From: Chiloscyllium plagiosum
Lineage: Eukaryota
NCBI RefSeq assembly: GCF_004010195.1
Contig: NC_057718.1
Span: 45,362,717 to 45,426,716, forward strand
Length of the DNA: 64,000 bases
Reading direction: 5' to 3'
Each line of letters opens with the position of its first letter. The first letter of the stretch is position 1. Shown here one piece after another: positions 12,430 through 26,900 of this stretch. The translations under genes and the position numbers were made by a program. Under the pieces are notes generated by a model that was not told the DNA's origin, searched no databases, and saw only the letters and a program-made list of their open reading frames with translations.

Positions 12430-12800
12430 TCTTCATCCAACCTTTTAAGTCAGAACCCTTCTACTGTGTTTTTCATTTGGCTTGCCTCAAATGCTTGAAT
12501 GTTATTTGCCTCATCTACTCCATATTGTATAGTAAGGTCCACACTCTAACTCCGCCCTGGGTAAAGAAGTTTCTCTGAAATTGCTTGTTGAATTATCTTC
12601 TTTTTATTTATTCTACTTATCTTTTTTTCATAACTCCTAGATTTAGATTACCCTACAAGTAGAACCATTTTCTCTGCTTGACCAAACAGGTTCCCCATAA
12701 TTTTAAACTCATCTATTAAGTGATTACCCCAACCATCTATTCCCTCAATAAAAGATCCCCTGCCTGTTCAATGTTTCCTGGTAGTTTGCTGCTTCTCCAA
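12430..12800 (-). mobile_element. Old CR1 3' fragment
   Basis: Degenerate similarity to 15368-15770. Confidence 0.5.
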
Positions 12801-13465
12801 ACTGGGATCATCTACATAGCTTCAAAAAACAGTCTGCAGTCTTAAAAGTGGTTGATGATTTGAAGATTACAATGATTGACACTACAAATTAAATCAGTCA
12901 GTAGCTCAACTGTCCATTATAAATAAATGGCAATTTCTTCACTGCTTATGTTTTAATTACCAACTCTGACTGCCTTTAAAGCTAGTACCTTAGGCACTTG
13001 TCTCATGATTTCATTTAATGTCTTCAGCAGGCAGAGTAATGAGAGGAAACTCACCTAAAAGCCCAAAATAATGAACTAGAGATTTGATTTTGAACTAGCC
13101 TTGGGTAATTCTTCAGCTGCAGAATACTGTTCTGTCTAACTGATCAGAAGTGCCGATTTGCGTGGAATGTTTAACAATTTGATGGAGTGGTTTGTCTCAG
13201 AGAGCCCTGAATTGGCTAACAAAGAGATTAGGATTGATTCAGAATTCAGCACAAGTAACAGAGTTTGAAGTTTGAAGCATGTTCCCATCTGCTTTATTGT
13301 TTAAAGAACTATCCATTAGCTATTCTGTCCTCGAGGCCAGAAGTTTACAAGAGCTCAGGACATTCCACTTCTGGGATAGATGTCAGATCCAAGCCTGCCC
13401 AGTTGAACAGTTGGATACCAGAGTAAAAGTACTGGCTGCAATCTTGTAAGAAACTATGAATGGGA

Positions 13466-13850
13466 TGATCAGAATTGAGGCCTGGTCTGAAAACTTGCAA
13501 CTCGCCAGTATCAGGTAGGGCACAATCGAGGTTACCACTGTCAAGGATCAGAAAGTACGAGAGGGCACTTTCACTCTGAGATTCTTTTTATTGGTAGGGT
13601 TAACCAGACAAGCCCCAGCAAATGGAACATTGAAGTATTGCTAGAATATTGCTGGTAGCAACTTATAATGGTGGCTAATTGTCCAATTCACTGAATTAAT
13701 TGGCTGTCCGGTAGATTGGCATCTACCCAGCTACCCTTTCTAATCACCTATGGTGATGGGAACATGTCAGGCATCTCTCCCCTCTGTTGCTGTTTTACAA
13801 ACCTTTTTTTCTCCTAGCCCATCGCAAGAAGGCTAGTAAAATTCTGACCG
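13466..13850. mobile_element. Putative non-autonomous DNA transposon
   Basis: Imperfect terminal inverted repeat gatcagaatt ... aattctgacc around a GC-richer body. Confidence 0.4.
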
Positions 13851-13959
13851 ATAGCTCAACTTCATCTATCTCAACATGATTCTTTTTCTTTTAGTGTTTT
13901 TTTTTCCTTCTTCTGAAACAATTCATTGCAATGGTTCCATTCTTCTAGTTCCAGCGCTT

Positions 13960-14260
13960 TCTAAACAGAACTGGAGTAGAATGTTGTGAGACACTGGGAG
14001 AGTTCTTGTTTCTTTCTCTCAGTAGTGCTGCAGTAGCTTTTAGTGTCCAATTAAACCACTGGAACAGATAAATGAGGCTTTGGTTTAATGTCTCATCTGA
14101 AAGTTTGATCTGTTAATATACATTACAGTTAATTGCTTTTAATGACTGCCTGTGGTGGACCAAAGTAGGTCTGTTATGACAACTCAGCCTGTATTTGAAT
14201 ACTGAAGTGGAGCTTCAACATAAGAATACAGATGCGACCATTGAACCAAGTTAATATAAA
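13960..14260 (-). mobile_element. Degraded Deu-domain-like SINE
   Basis: ggctttggtttaatgtctcatctgaaag and flanks resemble the reverse complement of the Deu-type body. Confidence 0.45.
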
Positions 14261-14762
14261 TCATCTGAGGTTTTGTATTTCTGCTCAAATATTGTAGCTG
14301 AGCTGACAGGTTTCACCCACATCTGGAAACACAAATGTTTCCTCCTCCAATTCCCTTGATCTTGAAAGAATCTATTAAATCAGAACGAGTGGGTTGAAAA
14401 TATTGTGGTAAACTCAAACTGCCTTGTAACTTGGTTGTCATGTATTAAAAGGCAATTTTCTCCAAAGGTTAGATTATCCACACAACCAGTTTCCAGTTGG
14501 CATTTTAACTGTCCAAGAATTAAATCTTAACAGGCCTTCCAAATTGAGACCTAGTTCCATTCAAGAACAACAACAACAATTTACATTTATGGAAGACCAT
14601 TACTGTAGCATTGTATCCCAATGGCTGCACAGACACACGGAAAAAGTGATGTTGAGTCAATGTTAGGGATATTACATGTGGTTGTTCAGACAGATAGGTT
14701 TTCTACTAGGCAGGTTTCTCATTTCCATTTGGAACAAAAAATTCTAATCTTGTACAACAACA

Positions 14763-15018
14763 TATTTAAGGTGAGAGGTTAGAGATTTAAAAAACACGAG
14801 GGGCAAATCTTTGATATAGAGTGTGATTTGCATGTGGAGTGAACTTCCTGAGGAAGTGGTACAGTTACAACATTTAAAAGACATTTGGATAAGTACATGA
14901 ATAGGAAGTGTTTAGAAGGATGGGCTAGGAGCACACAGGTAGGACTAGTTTAGATTGGGATTATCTGCAGCATGGACTGGTTGAACCAAAAGGTGTGTTT
15001 CCGTACTGTGTGACTCTA
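14763..15018 (+). mobile_element. CR1 LINE 3' end
   Basis: Similar to 58485-58767 and 23800-24372. Confidence 0.85.
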
Positions 15019-15367
15019 GCTAGCTTAAACTTGAATCAACTTCCACAATGTGGATGCTGGAGAGATCCAAGCACATTGCACACTGCCCCATCAAACCTAA
15101 CAATTATTGATCAGCTGATTAAGAGTTTCAAATGAAATCAATCTCAGAACAAAGAATCATAAAATAGCCAGTGGAATGCATTCTCCACTGCTGACACCTC
15201 TCTGGGCAGGATACTTAATGGCATTATAAAAGTCACACTGCTTAATTTGCAACATTGTAATCACTTTTATTTAGTTATGTGTTTCTAATGTTTTAGTATC
15301 CAGAATACTCACTGACAATGGTAAATGGATTTTACAACATCAGAAATTTATTTAAATATTTCTGTTG

Positions 15368-15770
15368 TTATAGAGATGTACAGTACAGAAACAGACCTTT
15401 GGTCCAACTCATCCATGCTGACCAGATATCCTAAATTGATGTAGTCCTATTTGCCAGCACCTGTCCCATATCCCTCTCAACCCTTTCTATTCATACACCC
15501 ATCCAAATGCCTCTTAAATATTGTCATTGTACCAGCTTCCACTATTTCTTCTGGCAGCTCATTTCATACATGCACCACCCTCTCTGTGAAGAAAAATTGC
15601 CCCATTGGTCCCTTTTAAACCTTTCCCCTCTCACATTAAACCTATGCTCTCTAGTTTTAGACTCGCCTACTCCAGGGAAAAGGCCTTGTCTATTTAGCAT
15701 ATCCATGCCCCTCATGATTTTATAAACCTCCTATAAGGTCACCCCTCAGCCTCCAACTCTCCAGGAAAAA
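15368..15770 (-). mobile_element. CR1 LINE 3' end
   Basis: Reverse complement of the same CR1 3' end family; inverted relative to 14763-15018. Confidence 0.85.
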
Positions 15771-16928
15771 CGATTGTGTTAAGAAGTTTACAAACGTGTA
15801 ACACTAATGCTGAGAAAACTTTGTATCTCCTTGACTGCTACCAAAATAGTTCAATATTTGTTTTTTAAGTAATGAGTATATGGCAAAATATTATTTTACC
15901 AGTGTCAGCTTCACTAACCACCCACACTGCACCCTAAAAGGTTTTGGGATGTTTGATCACGGTACATGGAAACTGTGAATTCTGAATGAGCTCACATTAG
16001 AAAGATTTTGTTGTTCTAAATGTAAAAACAAAGTCTTTCCTACTACATCATGCAGAAGAGTTGAATATTTATTGTTCAATAACTTACAAGGAAAGGTTTT
16101 TACTCAAGGGGAAAAGAAGTTTTAAATTCCAACGTTATCAACTTTCTGTCTTCCAATGAAAGATTCACTGTTCCTTTTGTGTCTATTTTGTCAACAGATT
16201 AACATTTTTAGCTGAAGGAAATAAAGTTACTTCAACGTTAGTGTAGTGACTGCTACCACCACATTATGTTGATTTTGTAAGTCAGCTCACTTCATTACTA
16301 ACACATGTACTGCTGCATCCATTTATTAGTCATCATACGCAGATGATTTGCTAAATCATTGCAACTCAGACACATTGTGTTAGGTTTTTCTTCATGCCTT
16401 TGGAGGATGGGATAGTAAGGGAAGACCATTCTGGTGAAGTGGCCTTTTTCATTTACCCTTTATCCTGACATTGGAGTCCTACAGTGTTTGCAATAATCAA
16501 TACTTGTGTCAATACAAATTATTTATGTGGGTCTGATGTGAAATATTTATCTTCCATGGAAAACAATTTGCAATAAGCAAGGCATTGCTGGTAGAAGTAA
16601 GAAAGTGAAAGTGTTGAAGACCATCCATGTAGGTAAAATTCTGAGAATCATATCTGATTATCTGTAACTTCACATTCCACTAAGACAATGCGGAAACATT
16701 GTTTCAGGATTAATGCCTTTAATTTTGAGTTTAGCAGTATTACTTTGTGGCAAGGATGTCCTTGACATATTCACCTTTAGGTTGAAAAGGAAGCTCAAGA
16801 GGTGGAGCAGAGGTTGCCTGACAGGCCACAAACCATAGACATTGGTAGGCATTCACTCAGAGATAGCCACACTTCTGGGACAACAAAGCCTTTTGAATGT
16901 AGCCATCAGTGTCTCAGAATACTATGTT

Positions 16929-17070
16929 GAAAGCAAAAACTGATGGAGAGTCATCTAGACTCAAAATAATAGCTTATTCTCTCTCCACTGATACTGCCTG
17001 ACCCGCTGTGATTTCCATGACTTTTTGTTTTGGGTACAGATTCCAGCACCTGCAGTAATTTGCTCTTAGG
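16929..17070 (+). mobile_element. PLE 3' fragment with decayed hammerhead
   Basis: TSD atactatgtt at 16919-16928 and 17071-17080; ctgatgg-a-gagtc-atcta-gactc-aaaa has a mutated core. Confidence 0.7.
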
Positions 17071-20000
17071 ATACTATGTTTCTCATGGGGGCCAAACAAA
17101 ATTATTCTGCTGACTGATGGGAAATTGGTAAAGGACACACTGCTTTATTGATGGTTGCTTTCTTGAGAATGAGGTTCTATTAGGAGAGCATTTACAGCTT
17201 TGTCTTAAGTTGCTACCTGCATTACAAATGCCTGATGCTGATATTGGTTGCTTTAAACTGAAACTGTCAGCTAGAGAATGGAACAGTCTCAAAAGTCATT
17301 GTTGATTTTCTTTCTCCAAAGGAGAAATAAACATTAATAGGTTACACAGTTATCCGCATTTATAGACATAATCAGCCAGTCATCCACTTAGCAAAAAGAC
17401 TCAGGATGCAAATGATCCAAGAGCCAGCCTTTCCAAGGTTATACGCCCATGGCAGCAAGGCCCACAAAGCAAATTATAATCTCAAAAGAGAAATATTTAT
17501 AGTAAATGTGCATTTCCTCCTCCAGCTTAATATTTCAGCACACCATACTAGTTTCCTCCCATTACTACAGCTCATTTCTGTTTCTCACTGAGAGCAAGAT
17601 TGTTCTGTCAGTTCTAAATTCCAAACCATATAGAATATATTTTTTTCAACAAATATCTGTTGTCAACACAGGCTACTTCCAACAAGCTTTAGAGAAAATA
17701 GATAAAGGCTGTATATTTTGTTATCAAAGTCAAAAGCAACAGTTTGGTGAAATTTCAAATCTATAGGGATCTCTTGATTCAGTATCAAAAATACCTTCTC
17801 TTTCCACTGCTGTAAAGAAACAAAAGATCTTAATCATACATGAAAGTTGGTGATTATGTAAAAGCTTTTGTAATTGATTGGGATCTATTGACTATACCAC
17901 CAATGTTACTGAAAGAACTAGAAAGAACATACAAACAACTCAAGGGCACTAGCAGGCATCAGAATATAGGAACAAAATTCAATTCTGCAGATATGAAGAG
18001 ATAGTTTTCATGAATTCAGTAGAATGACTTGCCGGTCATATTTTCTCTTATTTTGAATTCAGATTACAAGACCTATTGATTTCTGTTCAGCCTGAATGAA
18101 TAATGCAGCACTCGGTGGATTATACAACAGCAGCGTGTTTTTCTGTGTCATTTTATTAGAGCCTTGTTAGTAATGAGACCTCATCGGCATTCGTATTTAC
18201 ACCTTGTAAATATCATCAGTTCAAAATCATCAAGATGTTTTGAAATGCGCAACCAATTTAAACAGAAAACACAGGAATGAATACATTTTTTCACATCCCT
18301 TCAGATTAATTTGTTTTCAATCCATTTCTTGAGATGAAGCTTCCCTACGTGAGCTAATTCACAGAATTACAGAAATATTACAGCCCACAAGGTGGCCCCT
18401 CACCCATCACGTTTGCAGCAGCGCTAAAGATAAGCATCATGAACTAGTGCCTTTCTCCTGCCTTTTCTCCATATCTTTTGCACATCATTTCTAACACGCT
18501 TCCAGGCGGGGCATTCCAGATTAGTTGGAAGGAGAAGATTGATGGTACATTGTCCAGTTACTTCCACTAAGAATATAAGTTGATCTAAATTTGAAAAATA
18601 CTTCTTAATGAAGCCCTTGGTCCTGAATTTGTCAAACCACTACTTTCTTGAGAGAAACATAAACTAATGTTTTTGCCAAAAACATACATTTTGAAGTTCA
18701 AGTTGAACTTCTGCCACTTTTCCTGAACTTTTGCATATTCACATTTAATATATGCCTGTAAGTTTCTTAGTTCAACAATATGTTTAATGCAACTGCTTTA
18801 AAATCTTCTATTCACTAGAGATGCTCATCAACTCATAAGTTGTGTAAAAGTGATATGAGATCTACTTTATTGGAAATTCTAATTTATCTGTTTCATAAAG
18901 ATTACAGTTTAAAATTAGTTTAACTATTGAGGGAGCAGAAGTTTTCACAAAATTGTAAGACTGGTAAAAAAAAGTTGGTGCCTTATTTTCATGGATGCTG
19001 ACCTGCTTTATATGAAATAATTGCTTCTGAATATTCTTAGACGCTTTTCTAGCCCCTACTATCCAACACGCTATTCTGATCACGATGAGAGAAAATCAAG
19101 AAAAGGTCCAGTTAAACATCGCTAAACATCTCAAGAATTTCTCCTGCTGCCAGACTGTAAATTTAAAAGCTGTAGTTGAATGTTAACACAATCATGAGTG
19201 TTGTGCAGGAGTTTAAAAGAAACATTTGTGTGGAGGCCCTTATGAGGTTGAAAATCTTGGAAGAATTTGGCATTAAGTTTAGCAGAGCAATATGTGAAAT
19301 TCTTGGGTTATGAGGTGTTACAGCTCTTGTCTTATCTGTTTTACAAGTTACCACTGAGTTAACACATTCAGTTCTTCTGCAGATGTCAAATTATATTATC
19401 AAATAATGTACACTAAAGCATGAAAACACAACTAGAGTTGAACTAGTTTGTTGGGCTAGTTTGCAGAAATGTGTAATTATATTTGAGGAGATACATTTTA
19501 ATTTAGTTTGTAAGCAATTTCCTCTGCAGATGGTAAACTTATACTGTAGAGATGGGCAAACATTTTGACCATAGGGTGGCATCTGGATGTGTAAATTTTA
19601 TGGGGTGATGGCCATACATCCCAATAAAGTAACACTTAGGTACAAATAACCATACAACCTTACATAATTTATACTATTATAATAATGAATTATGTGCTAT
19701 AATGAAAACAAATTTGCACTCTTGGCACACCCTGTTGGCTTCATGTGAACAATGCAGTTGGTTACTTTTTTTTAACACCTTTATAGTGCCATCAAAGTTC
19801 TCTCCAAATTCTTATTGACCTAAGTACATAATTAGCAAACCAGATTGGGATATCGCTTTCATTTAGAGACAATTAGTTATATGTAGATTACATGTACTGA
19901 CTCTGCAAGCATGGGGACAAGATGAGGAGGCAGATCTCCTCCATGAACTCTGAAGCCAGTACAGGAAATGAACCTGAGCCATTGGACATCATTCTTCATC

Positions 20001-20277
20001 AGTCTGACTTGTATACTTGCAGCATTTTTTATTTTTATTTCAGATTTCCAGCATTTGTCTTGCCAATCATTTACAATATAGTGTTGCAGGAATCACCAAA
20101 GGAACAGCAGTATAGAGAAAAACAAAACGTGGAGACACCAAAAGGCACATTTTATGGGGAGCATGACAACATGTATTATAATTCGTAGAATTGGACCTTA
20201 ATGATCCCACGGCCCATTTAAATTCTCCAAGTTCATCTGTGTATTGCCCTAATCCTGTTAGGGACTCACTCTTAATT

Positions 20278-20404
20278 TAAAACCAAAATACTGTGGATGC
20301 TGCAAATCTAAATTAAGAACAAAGAAACTCAGCAGACCTGGCAGCATCCATGAGGAGAGAAAAAGAGTTAACATTTCGAATGCTGTATGACTGTTCTTTG
20401 AAAT
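20278..20404 (-). mobile_element. PLE 3' fragment with decayed hammerhead
   Basis: Reverse complement resembles 45175-45310 and 48225-48350. Confidence 0.6.
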
Positions 20405-21149
20405 ATTTTGGAGCTTGCATTCCTGAACACCTGAAAGGAAGAAAAAAAGTTTATTAAAGTGTCAAATGAGATGAATAGAGTCATAATACTGAAATGAGAC
20501 TGGGAACAGCTGAATGAGAGCGAGAAAGGTCCAGAGTGTGCATGTGGCAGTGCATGACATCTCAGGTTGCATTTGTTGTCCTTCTAAAAGTTTGAAGTTC
20601 TGCTGTGCTTTTCACAGGAAGGAAATATTTTTCAGCTTTAATTTTCGGTTGCGGATAAGCAGCTTATCTCAGAGATTCCCATCACAAAATGTTAACACCA
20701 TGTTTGCTTATGGAGATCTTCAGTCATTCATAGTTTTGGATTTATTGCAGAATGCAGCATTTATGTTTAGATATTTCAATCCTGAATATAATAGTTTAAA
20801 GCTACCAGCCGTGTTGTTATTCTTGGTGTAGGTGTCTGTTCCAAGCTGCAATATCCATTGATTGTTGTGGTGGTGCACATCTGCCCACAGTTGATGTCAC
20901 TGTTCTTCACTGTTGTCAGTTAATGTCTCCTTAGTGTGAATATTGAGTTTTGGAGTCCTCATTTCATCCTCCAAGCAGAACTTTAAGTGCTATACTCAAC
21001 TTTTGTATCTGGCTACCTCACCATACAAAAAAATACTGTCTGCCATCCAGCCAATGTTCCTGAACCAGCAAAGTCACTGCTATTTGATAAGTGCGAATAT
21101 ACTTGAGAAATTTGCCACTGAAAAAAAATTAGTGTTTTCATCCTTCCAT

Positions 21150-21510
21150 GAGATTAAACATTCACCTACTCCACCATTGACACACTGCCAGATGTACTCT
21201 GGCTACTCATCAAGTTCCTTCAACAGCACATTCCAAATCTAAAGCCACCTGGAAAGAAAAAGGCAAAAGGTTCATGGGAACACCTTTACCAGAGATTCCT
21301 CTCCAAGTCTGACACCATTCTGACTTTTGTAGCTATATCACTATTCTTTCACTGGGTCAAGATCCAAGAACTTCCTTCCAAACAGCACTGTGGGTATATC
21401 TACATAGATTGCAGTGGTTCACCAAAGCAGCTCACCACTACTTTTTGAACAGCAATTAAGAATTTGGAGTAAATGTTCATTGATATCTTCATCTTGTGAA
21501 CAATATTTAA
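21150..21510 (+). mobile_element. CR1/L2-clade LINE 3' end
   Basis: Similar to 41330-41715 and 51150-51560. Confidence 0.65.
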
Positions 21511-22904
21511 AAGCCCAGAATGCACTCAAACAGTGAAGTTAAAATTGTTTTGTTGCTTTTCTTGATGATTGTAAGTCTTTCATGTTTCACAGCCATACCA
21601 AAACGTTGCAGAGAACATGTATCTCAGAAAGCAACATCTTGGTCCTAGGAGCCAGTTTGATGTTATTCTTTGCATGTTTCATGAGTTGGCTAAAGGTGGT
21701 ACCTGCTTTACCTATATATGTGTGTCATGTTGTGAATCAAGACATTAATATAATTGTCACTATGGATCCATTTCCAGACGGATCAGTAGTATGGTATTTA
21801 AACTGACGAAGAGTAGACATGGGACACTTTGTCTCATAACTATGGCTTCCAGGATTCTTATTATGAAAGAGAACAAATTACAGGCATGGGAGAGAAAATT
21901 CAGGAATCATTTGTAAGCAAGATTCAGGAATGCGCAACTAGTGCTACATCATCAGGATAGTTGGAATCTTACTAGTACCATATTAATGTCATACTGATTA
22001 CAAGCTGTTTCATCTCATGTATGACAAGAGATGAATGAACCTCAAATTTGGAAGGAGTGCCAACATTTTATTTGGAAATATCAACTTGCATTTGTGTAAA
22101 AGCTTTTATTCCAATTTTGGGTGAATTGTACCAAATAAGGCTGCAGGAGGATATTGTACTCCTAACTTGCAGATTAATTTCCCATCTCATATTTATAAGC
22201 AAATCCAATAGAGCTAGATGGATATTATACTGCCCCGAGCTAAAGCCATACAGTAGCAAATGCATTGATCTACAAATGCCCATTCTTCACTTTGTAAGTG
22301 CATGCTTTGAGAAGGCTTTGCGAGAACAGACACCTTGTTGGTTAGTCCTCCAGAATTGGGTAGTCTCAATGGTGTTGAGACAGTCTCAATACTAGTGAGA
22401 CTGTTTTTGCCTTGCAGTTGTTCATGGTTGTTACTGTTTCCTGCTCTTCACAAAAGTGATAAGCATGTGTTATAGCTAAAGTTCTGCTTAAACTGCTGTA
22501 AATATAATTAGAAAGCATCAGTGTTTAGTGCTGTACCATGAGGTTAACTTTCAATTGCTGATGGACATTATTCATCTAAGAACAAGTCACTAAAAGTTGA
22601 AAAATGGGGTGAGGGTGCCTGTCCTGTTAATGCCCTAGATTCGTCTGTTGTCATTTTGAGATGGATTGCAAATAGCACATCTGTCTGTCTGTGTGCAAAA
22701 GGATGTGGTTTAATTATGCTGAAGTTTGAAGGTATTGAGTAGCTTAACCATTGGTCCTTGAGTTAAAAACTAAAAATATAATAGATAAGTGTTTTGTTTA
22801 AATATATATGGTGTCAGGAGGAGAAAGAGTCCTCAGCAGAAGTCGAGTTTGGTACCTGTAACTCCCCTGCATTTAGATGGGGATCAAAACTGAAATCTGA
22901 AACT

Positions 22905-24372
22905 GAATGTTTGAAATGGACTTTAGCAAGACCTTTGACAAGGTTCTGCATTATGGATTAGTTTGTGAAGTTAGATCACATAGAATTCAGGGAGACCTTG
23001 CCAATTGGATACAAAGTTGGCTTGACAGTAGGAGACAGAGGGTGGTGGTGAAGGGTTGTTTTTGTTTTGGACTGGAGGCCATTGATCAGAGATGTTCCCC
23101 AGGAATCAGTGTTGGTCCACTGTTGTTTGTCATTTATGGTAAACACTTTGGATGAGAATATAAGAAGTATGGTGAGTAGTTTGCAAAAGTTTGCGGTAAA
23201 AACCAAAATTGCTTGTATGGAAGACAGTAGGGAATGTTATCTAAGATTACAAAGGGATCTTGATGATTTGGGCCAAGGAGTGACAGATGGAGTTTAATTT
23301 AGGTAAATGTGAGGTGTTGCATTTTGGTAAGATGAACAAGGACAGGATTAGACAGTTAATGGTAGGGCTGTGGGAAGTGTTGTAGAACAGAGGGACATAG
23401 CGGTTCAGGTACACAGTTCATTGAAAGTTGCCTTATAGAGAGCAGTAAAGAAGGTGTTTAGCACGCTCAATTGCTCAGACCATTGAGTATAGGAGTTAGG
23501 ACATCTTGTTGTAGTTGTATAGGACATGGGTGAGGCCACTTTTAGAGTACTGTGTAAAGTTCTGGTCACCTGTCTATAGGAAGGACATTATTAAATTGGA
23601 GAAAAGATTTCCCAGGATTTTATGGGAAATGGAGAGTTTGAGTTGGAAGGAAAGGCTGGATAAGCTGGGACTTTTCTCACTGGAGCGTAGGACGTTGAGT
23701 GATTTTATAGAGGTTTATAAAATCATGAGGGGGCATAAATAGGTGAGTAGCAAAGGTCTTTTCCCTGGAATTGGAGAGTTCAAAACTTGAGGGAATAATT
23801 TCAAGGTGAGATGAGAAACATTCAAAAAGGACGTGTGAGGCAGCTTTTTTTCACAAAGGGGTGTTTCATACATGGAAAGAACTGCCAGTGGAAGTGGTAG
23901 AATGCAAGTACAGTACAACATTTAACAGGCATTAGAATCCCTACTGTGTGGAAACAGGCCCTTCGGCCCCACCAGTCCTCCGAAGAGTATCCCACTCTGA
24001 CCCATTCCCCTACATTTTACTCATGCACCTACCCTACACATCCCTGAACACTATGGACAATTTTAGCATGGCCAACACATCTAGCCTGGACATCTTTGGA
24101 TTGTGGGAGGAAACCAGAGCACCCGGAGGAAACCCATGCATACACAGGGAGAATGTGCACACTCCACACAGATGGTCACCCAAGGCTGGAATCAAACCTG
24201 GTTCCTGGTGCTAACCACTGTGCCACCCCTTGAATAGCTACTTGAAAAGGAAAGGTTTAGAGGTATATGGGCTAAATGCAGGCAAATGGAATTAGTTTAG
24301 TTTAGGAAATCTGGTTAGTATGGACAAAATGGACTGAAGAGTCTGTCTCTTGCTGTGTAACTATAACTCTAA
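22905..24372 (+). mobile_element. CR1 LINE 3' half (RT remnant) interrupted by a SINE
   Basis: MDFSKTFDKVLH, VPQESVL, YRTWVRPLLEYCVKFWSP...LGLFSLERR; frameshifted. Confidence 0.92.
23933..24229 (-). mobile_element. HE1/V-SINE-like tRNA SINE
   Basis: Minus strand starts ggggtggcacagtggttagc, carries gggtttcctccgggtgctctggtttcctcccaca and ends in a CR1-like tail. Confidence 0.85.
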
Positions 24373-25999
24373 ATCTTCGTGTTAAATGGGTAAATGCAAT
24401 CGCTATTTTGCATTTTTGAGGTCCCACAAATGGTCATGAGATGAACATCCAGTTAGTTTGCTTAGTTGAATTATGATAACTATCCCTTGAAGTGGTTTCA
24501 TGAATTATTAATGTTCAGTTTATTACCTGATTTTCATATTTACCAAACATGCTATTTATTCAGCTCCAGCCAATTAATCAACAGTGATTTTTTCCATCAC
24601 AATATATGATTAATTATGATTTTGTATGGTTATAATATCAGTTTTTTAATTCATTTTATTGTTAGACAGTTAATGTTATTCTGTACTTCATGTGTTAACC
24701 ATTTGAATAATTGGGAATCTCGATGTGGCTCATTCATTATTATGTTTGGTATTTTCTACTGAAATTAATGCATGTGGCCACCACAAATGGCTAGTCAGCA
24801 ATTTATATTGGACAACACTGAGTTCAGTCATTCAAGAGAATTGATGAAGTAGTTAGAACAAATTTGATCTCATTGGTTGCAGGCCTACAGTACCTTTTCA
24901 TTCGGATATTACCCTCACTAATGTATAATATGTGAACAAAGTGTCCAGAATGTGTTTAATTGGATGAAACCCTTCAACTTATTTGAGTGTTTTCGACAAT
25001 CAAAAACCTGTCTAGTTCAGTAATTTTGGTAAGGGACAATTATGGCAGAAAGTTTTTCCATATTTAAAAAAAAGCATTGAGATTATCTCTGAGAACTCAT
25101 TGGGTTTACTTACTGAATAAGTGAACCATACAGATTAGGAATATGTTTGTATAGAATTAACTGCAATGATATTGGGGTAAAGAGAGGGCAATCATCAAAG
25201 TTCTTCTCTTGGATACTATTCGCCAAATTTAGCTGGATGTGCTGGACGAGGACTTGAGATAAAGTCTTGATTGGCTTGGTTGTCAAACCAAAATTGAGGA
25301 GCCCATTAACCACAATCGAGTGCTGTCAGCTTACTTAATAACATGTTCCACATTTTAATGATAGAAGTCTGGTTCAGAACTGTCTACAGTAAAATCAGGA
25401 AAATCATCATGCTGGTTTTTCATTATATAGCACTCAAGGACATTGCCAAAGCTGATTATTATTAGTTCCAGCAGGAAGAATTTCCCTTCAAAGAATTGTT
25501 CAGCAAAATTGTTTTTTTTTATGAGTGCTTACATTATTATGACTGATTACTATTTGAAACCAGTATCTCTTGCACTTATTTTAAGAAGCTCTAGTGTTAT
25601 ATGAAAAGGTTGTCACTACCTTGGGTGTTGCAATTGGGCAGCAGAAGCAGTCTGATCCCGAATTGTGCTTCCACAGGCATGACCACTGGAACAGATGAGG
25701 AAATTCTTTTTCCTCTTGCCCTACATCTACCCCAACCATTCTAAATTTTATTGACTTGGTTAGATACCCCATTCTCTAATGCTGAAAGTACCTTTGCAGC
25801 AACATTTTTACATTGTTGTGTTTCTGCCTTCTTTCCTGTCTGTTCCTACTGATTTTTTAATGTTGTTTGATATGATTTACACTCCACTTATTTTGCTGTC
25901 GGTAGTATTGCCAAGATTGAAATTTCATTAACTGGGAAGTTGTGATCAGAAATCCATACCTTTAGAGTTAAGTGACATTTTCTACTTTGGTAAAAGAAT

Positions 26000-26690
26000 A
26001 GGAGATCATAATATTTAAAAATGCTGATATACAGAGGAATTTAGTTGATTTTGTTTACAACTCCCACTATATTTACAAACAGACACAGAAAATAATTATG
26101 AAGGCAAATGGTATGCAAGTCTTTGCAGGATAAAAATTAGAACCTGTTGTTGCTATTACATAAGGCTCTGGTACAGCTGCACCTTGATGTCTGTATGGAT
26201 TTGATCTCTTTGCCAAAGAAGGACATGCTTGCCTTGGATAGGCTACACCAATGGAGCATTGGATTCATTCCTAGACTGAGAGGATTGCCTTATGAGGAAA
26301 GATTATGCAAAACTGTCCTATATTCTCTGAAGTTCAGAAGAATGAGAGGTTCTCATTGTAACATAAACATTTTTTTAGAGGAAGGTAAGGCAAGTTCTAA
26401 GAGGCTGCTTATCCTAGCTAGAGGGTCATAGGACAAGGAGGTAAGTTTTAAGGCAGGGATGAGGAGGAATTTCTTCACTTAGATGATTTTGGTATTTGGA
26501 ATACAATATTCCAGAGGACTGTGGTTGCTCAATTGTGGATATATTCAAAACTTGATTCGATACTTTTTGGACACTTGAGGCAATCAAGAGATTTTGGAAT
26601 TGGGAGGAAACGTGGAGCTGAACAGTGATGATCTTATCGAACAGTGACACAATCTCAAGATAATATATAACAAACTCCTGTTTCTTATGC
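26000..26690 (+). mobile_element. CR1 LINE 3' fragment
   Basis: IPRLRGLPYEERLCKTVLYSLKFRRMRG motif followed by a 3' UTR. Confidence 0.8.
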
Positions 26691-26832
26691 TTTGTGCTCA
26701 AAAGTAGAATGTAGCTGCACTCGAGATCTATCCTTTCCTGTTATCCTCATTTTTCATCAAACTAATATTTGCATACGACTAAACAATTGCTATCAGCATC
26801 AATATGATCACACCACTATCTCTATCCCTCCA

Positions 26833-26900
26833 TGATTCGGAGATGCCGGTGTTGGACTGGGATGTACAAAGTTGCTGGTGTTGTGTGATTTTTAACTTTG
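26833..26900. mobile_element. 68 bp fold-back PLE terminus
   Basis: Perfect 12 bp TSD tctatccctcca at 26821-26832 and 26901-26912; content matches 698-733 joined to 2331-2355. Confidence 0.85.

Noticed and set aside
21783..21820. CUGACGA followed by a small hairpin
   Set aside because: No GAAA box after the stem.
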